From assembly GCF_964204865.1 (NCBI RefSeq), contig NC_135258.1, positions 14,074,001 to 14,138,000 on the forward strand: a DNA stretch of 64,000 bases. Reading direction: 5' to 3'. Position numbers and translations under genes: made by a program. Shown piece by piece: positions 12,275 to 24,955 of this stretch (position 1 is its first letter; each line of letters opens with the position of its first letter). The notes below the pieces were generated by a model. The model searched no databases. It was given only the letters and a program-made list of their open reading frames with translations, and was not told the DNA's origin. This stretch comes from Styela clava. Lineage: Eukaryota.

Positions 12275-15200
12275 TCACATAACGTTGTAACGGTTGCTGT
12301 CGCTCGTTTGTAGATCTATGGTGTCTTCTTTTGATTTCCAAAACTGAGGGAAAGAATACTTGAGAAGCGAGGGCGAGTTCCGTCTAACCCTGTATCGAGG
12401 CGGTTGAAAATACAAGAGCCCAATTAACTTATATAATTATCAACTAATATAATTATTGATAGTAATAATACTTACGTTACAAATACAACAACGCCGATTA
12501 CAATGATGAGGACTAAAACAACGATGATTATTGCAGCGATCGCACCACTGCTCAATCCCTTGTTTTCTTGCTTGGCAGTTCCACCGACATTTTCCACGTT
12601 TTTGTCTAAACGCGACAGTTAATAATATTAATTTAATGCACCTGGGTACAATAACATATGCGTGAATATATGTACACACTGTATATATATTTTAAAAAAT
12701 AATGAACTAGCGAGGTCATGCAAAAGCAAAACATGCATTGGAACATATAAAGCCGTTGTTTTTTTCGTTGTTTTTGTGAGGCGGTGTGCGGGGTTATTGT
12801 GTCTGCAGAAAATGGTGTAAGCTCTCCCATGATATTTACCAGTTGAGGCAGGCTTCGTAAGTGCAGTTGTATCGGGCGACTTGTCATTTTTCAGCGTAGT
12901 CGTTGTGAGTTTAGTTGTAGTGGTGGATTTTGCAGTGGGCTTTGGTGTCGTAGTGGTCGTTTGTTGGGAGGTTGTGGCCTTCGTAGATGAGGTTGTCGCA
13001 GCAGGTGTTGTTGTAGTGGTAGTTGTTGTAGTGGTAGTTGTTGTTACCGGAGTCGTAGTAGTGGTGGTAGTCGTTGGTGTTGTTGTTGTAGGAGTGGTAG
13101 TAGACGATGTTGTAGTAGCTGTTACAACGTGTACAACACAGAGAATCATGCGCAAGGAATGTCGAAAAATAATAGCAATGAATAAAATACGTCAAACAAA
13201 ATTCCGAATTTGTTTAAGGTATATTTCAAATGACGGCAAGGGTATTAATATTAAAACAATATAGAATTTTGAAAAATAAATGAAAACTTCCATGATTTTC
13301 TGTGTTGGAACGTTGATAAATTGAGCATGCAAGAAGACACCAATGAAATGAAAACCACACCACATGCCGTCATTTGATTTGTGTTCATTGTGAATAAAAT
13401 TACTATTAGTAAAACAACTACATGTTTCCACACGACAATCTTTACAAACCACCGAATATTTGGATAAAACATTAAAGTCAACACACCAGTCGTTGTTGTT
13501 GAACGCGTGGTTACTTTTGTGGACGTTGTCTGTGTGGCGGTGGTTGTCCTTTTCGTAGTGGAGGCGGGTGTAGAAGTTTTTGTGGTTGTTGATGTTCCTT
13601 CTATTGGTTTCAACAAATTTGATGAATGCATTAATGTTTCGTTGAACACGTTTAGAAGTTGGTGTTTTCGTATTGATAATAGCCCCCATTCAACCCAGCA
13701 TATTTAAAAGTATCTATAAAGGGTCTCAATCCCTCTAACGGTCGACATTAAGCAGCCGCACTTCAATTATATATATTGAAGTTTGTTGATGGAATGCGAA
13801 GTTTGTAATGAAAGGAATGAAGTATGAACAAGCTATGGGAACATAAATTGTGTTAAACTTAAAAAAATAAAATACGACAAAAATGATAAATATCTAAGCT
13901 TCGAGATTCTATCGGGACATTGTATATTGACAACCATGCGTAAAAATCAAAAACCCAATCTCACACTGTACGCAATCAACCATAACAATATGACAACAAA
14001 CTGTTTGTTAGGTGTGGGTGGAAGAACTTACTCGTTGTTGATGACGTGGCCGCGGGAGGTGGCCTGCAATCTGAGTTATGCGTCATTCTGCTATTCCATT
14101 TGAGACTCTTTTCGCATACAACCTCATATACAGGCTCAGTTTTGTAAGATCCCGTACTGTCGCTTACCCAAACGACATACCCTTCAGTGATACAAGTGAC
14201 GTTGAAAACAGAGCCCATCCGATTTCGGCATGTAGGTTCGCTTCGCCTCATTCCTGGCCTGGCGTTGGGAACCGGTGGACATTGGTTGTCTGTTTGGAAA
14301 ATAATAAGCAATAATTTTTTGATATATTGTTTCAGTGCGCTAGTCTATTTTGTTTTCATTATGATATACCTTTTACATTGACGGTAAATCGACAGTACCC
14401 CACGTTTCCACTTTTGTCTCTGGCGGTATAGCTAAATGTCTGTATTCCTGCCGCTAATGAAGCCGGGGATCTCATAGTTGGTACCTGAATATCCAAGTCG
14501 CTGACAGCTGCAAAGAAATTAGGAGATTATATATAACAACTGATGAAATTGAATCATGAAAAAATACTGCGAGTATCAAACTCACCTGTTTTGTCGTCTT
14601 TCCATGTTGGTGTCGTCCACGAATAGCTGGCTGTTGAAGCACATGATGGAAGTGAAATTTCTGCATCGTCTGGACAGTTTTGTGCAACAGGAGGGCTGAT
14701 ATCTGCGAAATGACAAAACCAGTAAGTCAAACAAATTCTGACACGTTTGAACACGCTTTATAAGAAAACAATACTGCTCTTGTTCTAAATAACTGGATCA
14801 GATATGGCTATGAGCAGGGGCACAAACAAAATATGGCCATACAAGGTTTATTACCCCAACTATGGAAACTGTAATTAGACTACTTACCAACATCCGCTTT
14901 TCCGGCGTCATCTATACAAATGTTTCCTAGCGCGAGTTTGCCGTCCCGGCATAAACACTTTTTGTCTGTATCTGAAATCGCTACACACATTTCTCTACAG
15001 TAATCACCATCGCACGGATTATTTTGTGGTTCTGCAATGTAGCGAGTTATATTTATTACATTCTACTCCACACGTAGCTAAATTTAATTTTATTAAAAAT
15101 GGCCGAATGAGTCTGGAATCGTGGATTGTAATATGGTTAAACGAAGGTTTTGTAGCCCTACATTGATGTTTTAATTTTTACTATAGGCCCTACCGTAAAA

Positions 15201-18200
15201 TAAAACTATTTGTTGTATACAGACCAATCAATTGTTTGAAATTTTTGATAACAACTCATTGTAATCAACAACTGCTTTTAAAATTCAACAAAGATTGCTT
15301 ATTGGTGTAAATTCAGAAATAACATAGGAACCCATAAATTTAATAGGCGACGCTCCGGCATTCTCTATTTCGAGTCCAGTATTCGCCAAAGCATTTGATT
15401 CAAATTAAGTCTGTCATCACCCACTACTAAAGACCGCATTTGGCCTCCTCGTGCTGAGTGAAAACATTATTCATTTATACAATGTTGCTTACTGATGAAT
15501 TTCGCATAAAAACTGTTGCTGTATATAGAGAGTGTTGTAACTCGGAAAAATTCTGCTGGTCCATAGGGTGCCATTGAAGGTGCTCCTTCAGTAAGATTAA
15601 ACCTCTCGAGACGACTACTCTTTCCGTCCACGACGTAGGCCATGCCTTGATGTATTTTCAAACTAAAAAATAGATTTTTGCGTGATGTTGCTAGAAAGCT
15701 CATCAAAAGTCCTTTGGTTTACTCTGTAAAATTAATTCTCAAATTGTACCGGCGCAAAAGATTGCTCTTACCGAGAAAAATTGAAACAATTTTTTTATTA
15801 TCATGTCAGCCCGAAAACAAAGCTTCCCTATCAATCATTATATCGAGAGGAACGTTGCTGTGGTACCTTTGTATATATATATACGGGGAGAGTGTGACAA
15901 GACGTTAGAAATTCGGAAGAAAACAGAGACATGTTATTGCGGTAGGAATCCTTTTGAATAGTATCTTTGAAATACTTTTGTATTACATATTATTAAATCT
16001 AGGTTTACATATTATTAAATCGAACCCCATATATATACGAACACATAATTTGACAACAGTATCTACTTTTTTGCAATATAATAAATTTGTTCCAAGATTA
16101 GTAACAACGTTCAATCAGCTTGCATTTGCGATGTGTTGAAAATTCATTCTAGATCAAAATTTAAAAGGTAACTTACTCGATTATGTAGGGGCTGATCCTA
16201 GTGATATAAGCTGAAATATCATATTGTTTGTATTTCTTCTGCTTGGGTGACGTGTCGTTAATTTTCAATAATGCTAAGAGGTCAAGTTCGTATATAATGG
16301 CGCTCTTAGCTTCAGCCACATACAAAAGATCCGCTGGAAATGACAAATATCCGATATTTAAAATTATGTATCAACCACAACTGCCTGGTAACAATGTTGA
16401 GGCAGATAGACTGATGCGAAGTTAAGAAATGAATTATTCGGAATAAATGTAGCAGATTATAAAATTTTATGTGTGGCTCTGGTAGGCTACTACACATTTT
16501 ATTCACGCAATTGTCGATTGAAAATATAGATAGCCCTTCTCGTTAAAAATATACATACTTTTGTAATCGATTGTAATAGCATGAGGCCAATTAAGCTTAT
16601 CCAACACAATTTCTTTTCCACTTCCATCGTATCTACAACGCAATACCTGGCCTTCTCCTTCTTTGGAGAATGTATCCGTCCAGTAGATATATCTGCAAAA
16701 AAGTATAAGATTGAACTACTTGCCCGTTAATCCACAGTGTATAAGGTGAACAGCAAAGAAAATCAACACAGAACGTTTATAAAACTTACTTGTATTTTAT
16801 ATCTTGTGTTATCATTCTTATGCTTGTGGTGTTGCTCTTTCCTGGTTCGGGCTTAACGATTGTTCTACTAGAGGTGCCGTCTTTATTGGACACAATGATC
16901 GTGTCTCTTTCATTGTCAGCGTAAAATAGGTTACCGGTTTGCGGGTCTACAATCATGCTGTTGGCTGTAATGTGGGGTATATTAGTATTTATCATTTACT
17001 CTCTCGAATCCCCGAATCGAACTCAACAATACCAAGGTATTTAAGTGAGAGAGAAATAAAGTATGTTTGAGGACTATCAGCCATCTTAAAAATGTATCAA
17101 ATATAACCAGGTAGAGAAAGGCCTAGTGGTTGCAAAAATGTACCACGGAATGTCATATTTCATCACTGCCAATATTTACTTGAATCCAATAAAGAATCAT
17201 CTTAAATTATTTTTGATTATATAGTTTAAGCACGAAGAGATTCAAGAATATTTTTTTTGTCGAATCATACCATAAGAAGAAGCTATTTGCGTGTATCGAC
17301 TTCCATCTACTGATGCTCTGCTGACAGTTGATTTTTTCTTGTCTGACCAGTACAGATACTTTGAGTTAAGGTCGACGGCGACGGTTACTGCTTTCCATTT
17401 GTGACCTTAACGAAAATGATTTTGTTAATGCTACTTCTCGAAGCCGTGCCTGAGGTTGCATGAAATTTGACGTTTCTCGGGTTAGATTCAATAAAACAAC
17501 AACTTTCTTCCTTCTTAAAACAACATTTTATGTGTCCGATTATATTCATTAGACAACCTACCGAGTGGAACAATGCTGTATTGCAGAGTTGCGTTGTTTG
17601 TAGAATCTGTGATTGGTATTTGGAATACTTTTCCTTGTCCCGCATCGGCGACAAGCAAGTAGTCATCTTCCACAAGAACTGTAAAAAACTGCATTAGTGA
17701 GAAATGATCTTTTGGAAACAGATAGCTCTTTAAAGGATAATTTAATGAACTTACGTGGTTGGCATTTCTGCGTCACAGGATTCAAATGGTATCCGAGTGA
17801 GCATGCACATGATCTCGTGGCGTTAATTCTTGGGAGACAAAGATGTCCACAATCGCTTCCTCCACATTCCCCTGAAGAAGGTTCTGAAAAAAAATGGGAA
17901 TAAAAAGCAGCTAAACGACCAGAGCCAACTGATGTCTAATAAATTGTCGTGAACGTTTCTCGAAGCACCTTATATTAGTTACTCGGTTCGAACAACAACT
18001 GTAACCAAACTCATACCTGTGTCAAGCGAAAATTCTTCATTGTGACTAAAAACTGCAATTCCTCTGGGCTTTCCGCTCAATGTGTAACGGAAAACTTGCT
18101 TTCTTCTCTTAGTTATTATCCAGACTGAATAGAATCGTGCACCTGTCATGCTGTACCTTGCATGGACATCGGAGACGTAGAGATAGTCCTGAAAAATAAC

Positions 18201-21200
18201 AAAAAATGACATAAGACATAACGTACTAAAGGTTTAAAAATCTGAAGCGAGATTGTTTTTTCAACAGTCTGCGGGACTATAAATAAAATTACCATGTACG
18301 CTGCGACACCCCAGAAAATTGAACCTCCTCTGTAGTGATGTTGAGTTTTGTTAGTTCCATCTAGAAGAGAGCTCATCACCATACCTCCATAGCCAGTGAA
18401 GTCCGTCCAGTAAAGCCTGTGCATCGTTAATTTTTAATTAATTATTATCCACGAAAAACTAACATTTTAATATAGAGAAAAAAATTTTTTATTGCATTAG
18501 TTTATAAGAGTATAACTGAGTATGTTTTACTGCAATGTGATAATGCTGTTAAAATTCTGTAATTGAAATTGAGCAGACCTTTATCAGACAGCGAAAAAAA
18601 AAATGGATAAACAGATTATATTATAAACAATAATATTATTCCGTAAACTCGAGAAAAACTGACCAAGTGGTGAAACGCGTGATAAACAAAATTCTTTCTT
18701 GGCCGCTAATCTCTCAACGGTTACGGGCCTCAGAACAATAGCTTCATATAAACAATAAGATTATTCAAGATGAAGACTTGATATAAAAACACGAACTGAA
18801 AATCAGTTAACCATATTTTGTGATCGTGAAATATTTTGAAAGGATATCAAACTGTTTCCGTATTCCCGTGCATCCCGTATTACAAAAGTAATTCTTGAAC
18901 GTGAATAACAGTTTGTATTTTTAAGATAAAAACACACGCTATCAGGTCACGTAGCGATTACTTAATATTCGGCGGCTGACGGAATAAAAAGTCACATGAT
19001 TTTATTTAAATTTTATCTCAAGTGCACTAAGTTTACTTCCGCTAATTCCTGCCACATAAATTGCAATCGAATAACCAGGTATCCGACTACTTTCATTGTA
19101 AATGAATGTTTTGAAAACCAAGATGTGGAACTGCGCATTCTGCATTGTGATATAGAGGGAGTTTTAGTTATAATCGTCGAATAGTTAAAAGTTTAGTTAG
19201 CAAAACTGTCTGGTAGTAGGGAAAGTAATAGTCAGAAATGACATGATGCTGTTGAAAACCAAAAACACACGCTTATGTTACGATTAGTTTCAAGATATGA
19301 CGAAGAAAGTTTCGCTTCATTTTGCGGAAAACCACTTTTCGAATGAGTTTTATTGATTCTCAAAGTTTTATCTCTCAATTTTACCAAAAATATACACTTA
19401 TGCTTCGATTAGTTTTAAGACATGACGAAGAAAGTTTCGCTTTATTTTGCGAGAAACGACTTTTCGAATGAGTTTTACTGATTCTCAAAGTTTTATCCTA
19501 AATTTACAATGACATTCTACACATAATGATTCCTCGGACGCGCGGTCAAAACGTTCTAACAATAGCAAGCGGTTGAATGTGAGCAAGTGAATTACTTGAA
19601 ACAAAACACATTTCTCTGCATAATATGTCCTATGATTTTTCCCAAGCTAAAATCATAGCATACCTGTCATCTGTGTAATCAATGGTGATTCCAGTCACGT
19701 CGAAAACGTTTGGAAACTTGAAAAGAGTTTTCGGACTTTTTCCTGCCAAGTCTGTGACGATGATTTTAGATCCTAATGCTTTATATGTGGAAAATATCAA
19801 CAGTCTGAAAAAAATATTATTGAAACTTTTCAATAATTCTGATGATATAAAAACTTGGAATTGCCAAGAGTTTTGACAAAACAATTGATCAGTCCATTGA
19901 AAAATTGAAGCGATTTTGCCACAATAGAAATTTTATAGACATGTATGTAACTTTCAAACGATTTAAGAATAATTATACCTGTTTTCAGGTAGTGATAACT
20001 ATCTGACTACATTGGTACAACCCCTCGGGCGTGTTTTAAATTCATTTCGAAAGTTTAGTATCGACGCCCTTCGGTCTATAAGCTAGTATTATTTAGCAGA
20101 TTTCAGATAAACTTTTTACAAAGCAGCACTACAACAATGAAACATACCGTTTTACTGAATGTACTGCAAGCCCATATGCTGGATCTGGAGCTGTCCTGTA
20201 AACCGGGGTGTAATAGTTAAATGTGTTTTCCGCAGCCATTACCCATTTAAACTCGGAATCCGTCCAATATAAATTATCTGTTTTCCAATCATAAGCTATA
20301 CATTCAACTCCATGTGCCATTCCTTCGAAATATCTCTCGCCCTTTTTCTCTGTCATACTCCACACACCAATGTATTCAGACCTAAAGTATTTGAAAAAAC
20401 AAATGAGGTCGTGACTTTACAAACATTTGCTGCCGCACTTATGAAGGCCTTTTACGCGATAATCAATGCTAAATACTTTTGTACATTAATATGATTAGCA
20501 CAAGTATATGATATGTTATGTCCTCCCAAACGAGTTTTTTTCGTTATCGTTTTTTTATCCTGAATTTCATCTAGAAACCAAATATTTCTCTCTCTAAGGC
20601 GGATATTGTAGCAAGTACGTGTCTTTGAATGTGTCAAATTGCCTTGACACACATCCATGCTTTTACTTTTTTGTATATATACCTGTAGTCTGTAAAATAT
20701 AATCTTTTTTTATTGTAATCTGCTGCAAGTGCCCAGTACTCTGTCATTGAACGGTTTGACCCGGTGAGAACAGTAACATTGAAAGATCCACCATTATCGG
20801 TCTCCTGCTTGACAATCTCAGGATCGGCCTAAATTTATTGAAGCGTTAAATTGACGTCTATTTAGTATAGTTCAATAAATGCAATAAAAGTTCATTCAAA
20901 TAAACTTTGCATTACGCACCTGAACACGTAATAAGTGGGTACTTTCGGATGCGGCATCATAATTTGTCCAGATAACAAGTGAATCATCGGCTGTAAAATA
21001 TATGAAGAAATTTTATATCGTATTTTGAAAAATAGTTAATGAAAACCAACACGAAACATGCTAATTTATGGCATCAACAAATAATTGATATGTTCCTAAT
21101 TAAGTGCTGATATTTTTAACACAATTTTACAGTGTTAGATAATACGAGCCGAAATGTCGAATTCAAAATTGAAGTAAAGTGAAATAAAAAGAATAAAGAA

Positions 21201-24200
21201 ACACAATAAATTATTGTGTCTGTCCCCACAATATTAAAAGTCATATCAAAAAATTGTGTTCAAGAAACATTAAAGAAAACATTATAAATAAACAGATAAG
21301 ACATTGCCAATAAAAATAAATTTACTCCACTTTGTTCTAGATTTACGTCTTTCTTATTCATATTCTACGTATGAAATAGGATCGAAAGAGTTTATGAAGT
21401 AATGTTTAATAAACAGAAAAATATAATCTACAATAGCTTACGGCATTTTGAAATATTGCAATATTCCCATCGAGTTTTGTTATTTATAGTGTAGCACCAT
21501 GTTCCTCTCAAATCGTTATCTGGATTTCTAAAAGAAAAATTCAAGGATTAATTCCAAGCAATTAAAATCTTCATTATTCGGTTAATTTATCTGATGGGAT
21601 ACTTTTAGAAATCTCTACATTTTATAGTGTTAGAATAGTTCAATAGCCACACTTCCACAGAGTTTTAATCAAACTTAAGGCATTTGCTTTTTTCCTTCCT
21701 CAATCATAACTTTATTTAAACAATAATAATTTTGAGAAATATTTGCTTACGATGTCACCGAAACTGTATTATTAACACGGAATTTATATATTTCATAATA
21801 TTACAATGTATCTATTACCTAAACTGTTATTATTTGAAAGACAATAGGATCATGTGACGAACTAAAGCGATTCTGATTCCCGTGTATTTTCTGATATGAA
21901 TTACGTACGTTATTGTTTATGCCAAAATATAAAAATAGAATCTTTGTATTCAGATTTTTTTCCGATTTAGCGTACTTCTACATCAGCATATTTTGCCCGT
22001 TCCGTTATTGAAATAATCTTTCGGGACAAGTACACAATAAGACGACCCATTCATTACTCACAAAATGCTGATATATTTTTAGATAGATAGATATCAACTT
22101 TCTGTCCGTATATCTCAGCTTTTCAAGGTTTATGAAATTCTGCAATACTTATATTATTTTTCTCTGAAACAATTCACGTCTATATTCAACAATCAACATT
22201 CAATTATCAATCTTAAAATACTGAAAAGTGGTATGGGAGGATAATATATACATTTATTTCTTTGTTTATTCTGTATGATAATTCAATACTATATGACTTC
22301 AAAAACGGGGGTTAGGCATTGTTTTCATAGTTTATGTAGCTATTGTATATTAGGGTCTAATAATAAAGCGATATAGTTACCTGCAATAATTGTGGTGTCC
22401 ACCATCTTTCGGCACGTGTTTTGGTTTGTGTGGCTTATCAGTATCCCATCGCTGACACGTCGTTCCGGAACCTGTCACATCTCGCGTCCCTCTGTACCAT
22501 GTACTTGGGCCGTCGATGCAATCATCTAAGCACAAAAATCAGAGATAGCTTTAATATGGGGATGACGCTGTCCATGGGCGTTTATGCGCAAATAAATCGA
22601 ATATATCGCTTAGAATTCGAAATTTTGTCACACTTGTTCAGGTTCGCCATATCATTTACTTCGTAAGTTTAATATTAATAAAAGCGCTTTGTTTCGTTTC
22701 CAGTTTTATTTTTTAGAATTCATTGAGTACTTTTATATACGTCATTTTTGGGTTACCATGATGCTTCATCGATTGACATCATAATAAAACAAATCATATA
22801 ATCATATAAAAATCAATCATAATAAAACAATTACAAATAAATTGAAAATTTGTTTTCTTACTATTTGTATTCAATTAAAAAAAAAATTATTAAATCAGGT
22901 CAATTCAATCAAAAAATACTAATTGTACTTTCTTATTATATATATGTTGTTCATATTCTGAAGTTTAGATCACTTATAGCTTTGCACGTAACAAATCTGT
23001 ATAACATATTCTCATTGAACAGAAATTAGTTGATGGTATTCGTTATCTCCAATCTTTCGCGTAAGCTATAAATGTTGGCCATAATATTATTGTTAATAAC
23101 GTAATTAATGATTGACGATACTTAATCCATTAGTATTTATTATGGGCCAAAGGTCGATGACGAGTTAGCGATTTGTTGTAGAAAGTATCAATTAGTTTAT
23201 TGAAAGATAGAGTGCTCGCGCTATATTAACGATAAAAAGAACATTCGATAAAACTCCCATTTAGTGACATCAGCGAAACCAAAATGGTATGTTCGATAAT
23301 ACATAGTTCATATACGGGATAATTCATAGGGTTTTTAGGTAGCCAAGTTTCAACAAAGTGAAATCAAATTGCAATATGCTTTGCTCGCAGTTGCCGCTCT
23401 CGCTCGAATCCGTATGGAGAATTAAGAAACATCATTAGTCGATTCATACTTATAATCATCAGACGCAATATTCTCCGAATTTCGAATATGATTTTCGTGA
23501 TACTGTTAAATTATTAATTTCATTATTGAATCATAAAGACGAGAAATATTGTGATAAATACCATATAAGTGACTTGCAATTATTTTCAAAGTTAATTTAT
23601 AAGGAACGAAGAGCCGCGGGCTATGACAGAATTTCAGGAAATGGACATTTTTGGATTAAAACTTCAGGAAGCGCATTCACGCTTTCCATATATGATCTGT
23701 TAAATACTCTTCACTCAATTTTTAATTTTTTATATTGTTGTCTGGAATAATTCTTATTATACTTTGTTTTGTTCACTTGATTCCTACAGGTGTCGAAATA
23801 AGAGTTTTCAAAAACTTTTTTTTAGTTTTATCAGCGATAACTCAAAAAGCACAAATTTATGGAATTGTTACGAAATCTCGAAAAAAATGTCCAAAGACAA
23901 TAAAAAAAATGGTCGAAATGCGATAGTTTAATCTTTTTTGCAATCTTTCATCGTCGATGGTGGGAAAATTGCCTTTCTATATATATAATGTATACGATTA
24001 CAATAAGTAAAACGATAAGTTGAATTGCCAAATTAATTGTTCATTATAGATCATATGAAAATCTGCAAAATCGTTGATAACATTTGTTGAATTTATTCCA
24101 AATTGTGTTAGAAAATAATCACTGATTATGGCTTCTTTTCATTACAAAATAATATTTACAATGCTCAAAGGTGACTTCGTATCTTTTCGTGACTTTAACC

Positions 24201-24955
24201 CTGTTATTTTGCTTTATTTATTTAACATTAAATCACGAATCTAAGCAAATTTTTGTAAAAATATCAAGAGTTAGTGTGGCGACAACACGGACGTAAAATT
24301 CGGAACATGAAAGATAGTTATTTGTTGCATATCTCTTGTCACGGAATTTGCTGGTTTGCCCCGCGGGCTATCACTGTGAGAGTTAGAATAAGGTTTCATT
24401 TATGTCTCGTTGGCAGGTAATTTTGGAATTTTGTCGACCAGACATCTAGTATATTGTACTTAAACATGCGTCATGCCAACACGTCATCGCATCAGCAGAC
24501 CCCAAATTGCGTCCAACTGAATATTTTCACACTTGAAAACATCAAAATTGATAAACGGTTTATCTTCACTTGTAAAATATTATGTCATAAAGCCAGCTTA
24601 TAAAATGTATAATCTCGACAATATGCCACGATCTACTAAAGAAATGACGCGATATCGCGGGGTAAATTTCGAAAATCTTGGTAGTTTCGAAGAAATTTAT
24701 GAAAAGAGCATTCTCGAATACGCATTGTTGTTGGGACATTCTCGATTCTTTGCACACAAATTACAGAATCGTATGCGAAGTTAATAATTTTACATTTTCT
24801 GTCACAAATTTAGGTAATGTACATAATAAAATTATAAGTTATGCAGAAAAACATTTCAAGTGATTACCTGTTGACGTTGTTGTAGAACCCTGTACCCGCA
24901 CGCACGCCACGCAAAGGATGAGCAACGTGGCACCAATTACATAACGGTGATCCAT
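12275..24955 (-). CDS. Gene A: type I membrane protein SP-kringle-(YWTD propeller-EGF)x2-HYR-sushi-mucin-TM-short tail, 1172 aa, LRP-like ectodomain
   Basis: 24 GT-AG exons in frame (3519 nt): 24868-24955 (MDHRYVIGATLLILCVACVRVQG signal); 22381-22525, 21442-21527 (kringle, CQRWD..HNYCRNPDND..WCYT..RWEYC); 20920-20990, 20683-20828, 20148-20381, 19664-19804, 18293-18416, 18017-18188 (propeller 1); 17755-17883 (EGF); 17562-17678, 17271-17405, 16790-16964, 16559-16692, 16177-16333, 15493-15662 (propeller 2); 14888-15031 (EGF); 14586-14702, 14370-14507 (HYR, DISPPVAQNCP...YTARDKSGNVGYCRFTVNV); 14032-14289 (sushi); 13487-13600, 12840-13118 (Thr-rich); 12476-12605 (TM, GAIAAIIIVVLVLIIVIGVVVFV); 12275-12389 (tail, ...SNRYNVM*). 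Confidence 0.9.
12900..13118 (-). repeat. Coding (ACN)n low-complexity tract encoding a poly-Thr mucin stalk
   Basis: Plus strand is rich in GTT/GTA/GTG triplets; the minus frame reads TTTPTTTTPTTTTTTTTPVTTTT... Confidence 0.9.
19280..19498. repeat. Direct duplication (about 95 bp, two copies) in gene A intron 7
   Basis: CGATTAGTTT.AAGA.ATGACGAAGAAAGTTTCGCTT.ATTTTGCG...ACTTTTCGAATGAGTTTTA.TGATTCTCAAAGTTTTATC occurs at about 19281 and 19407. Confidence 0.8.

Noticed and set aside
12881-13264. Plus-strand poly-Val ORF (also 13507-13707)
   Set aside because: It is the antisense shadow of gene A's Thr-rich exons.
12275-24955. Naming gene A or C as LRP4/5/6, Kremen, plasminogen or apolipoprotein(a)
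   Set aside because: There are no LDL-A repeats, PPPSP or NPxY motifs, WSC/CUB domains or protease domain. Only individual modules are shared.
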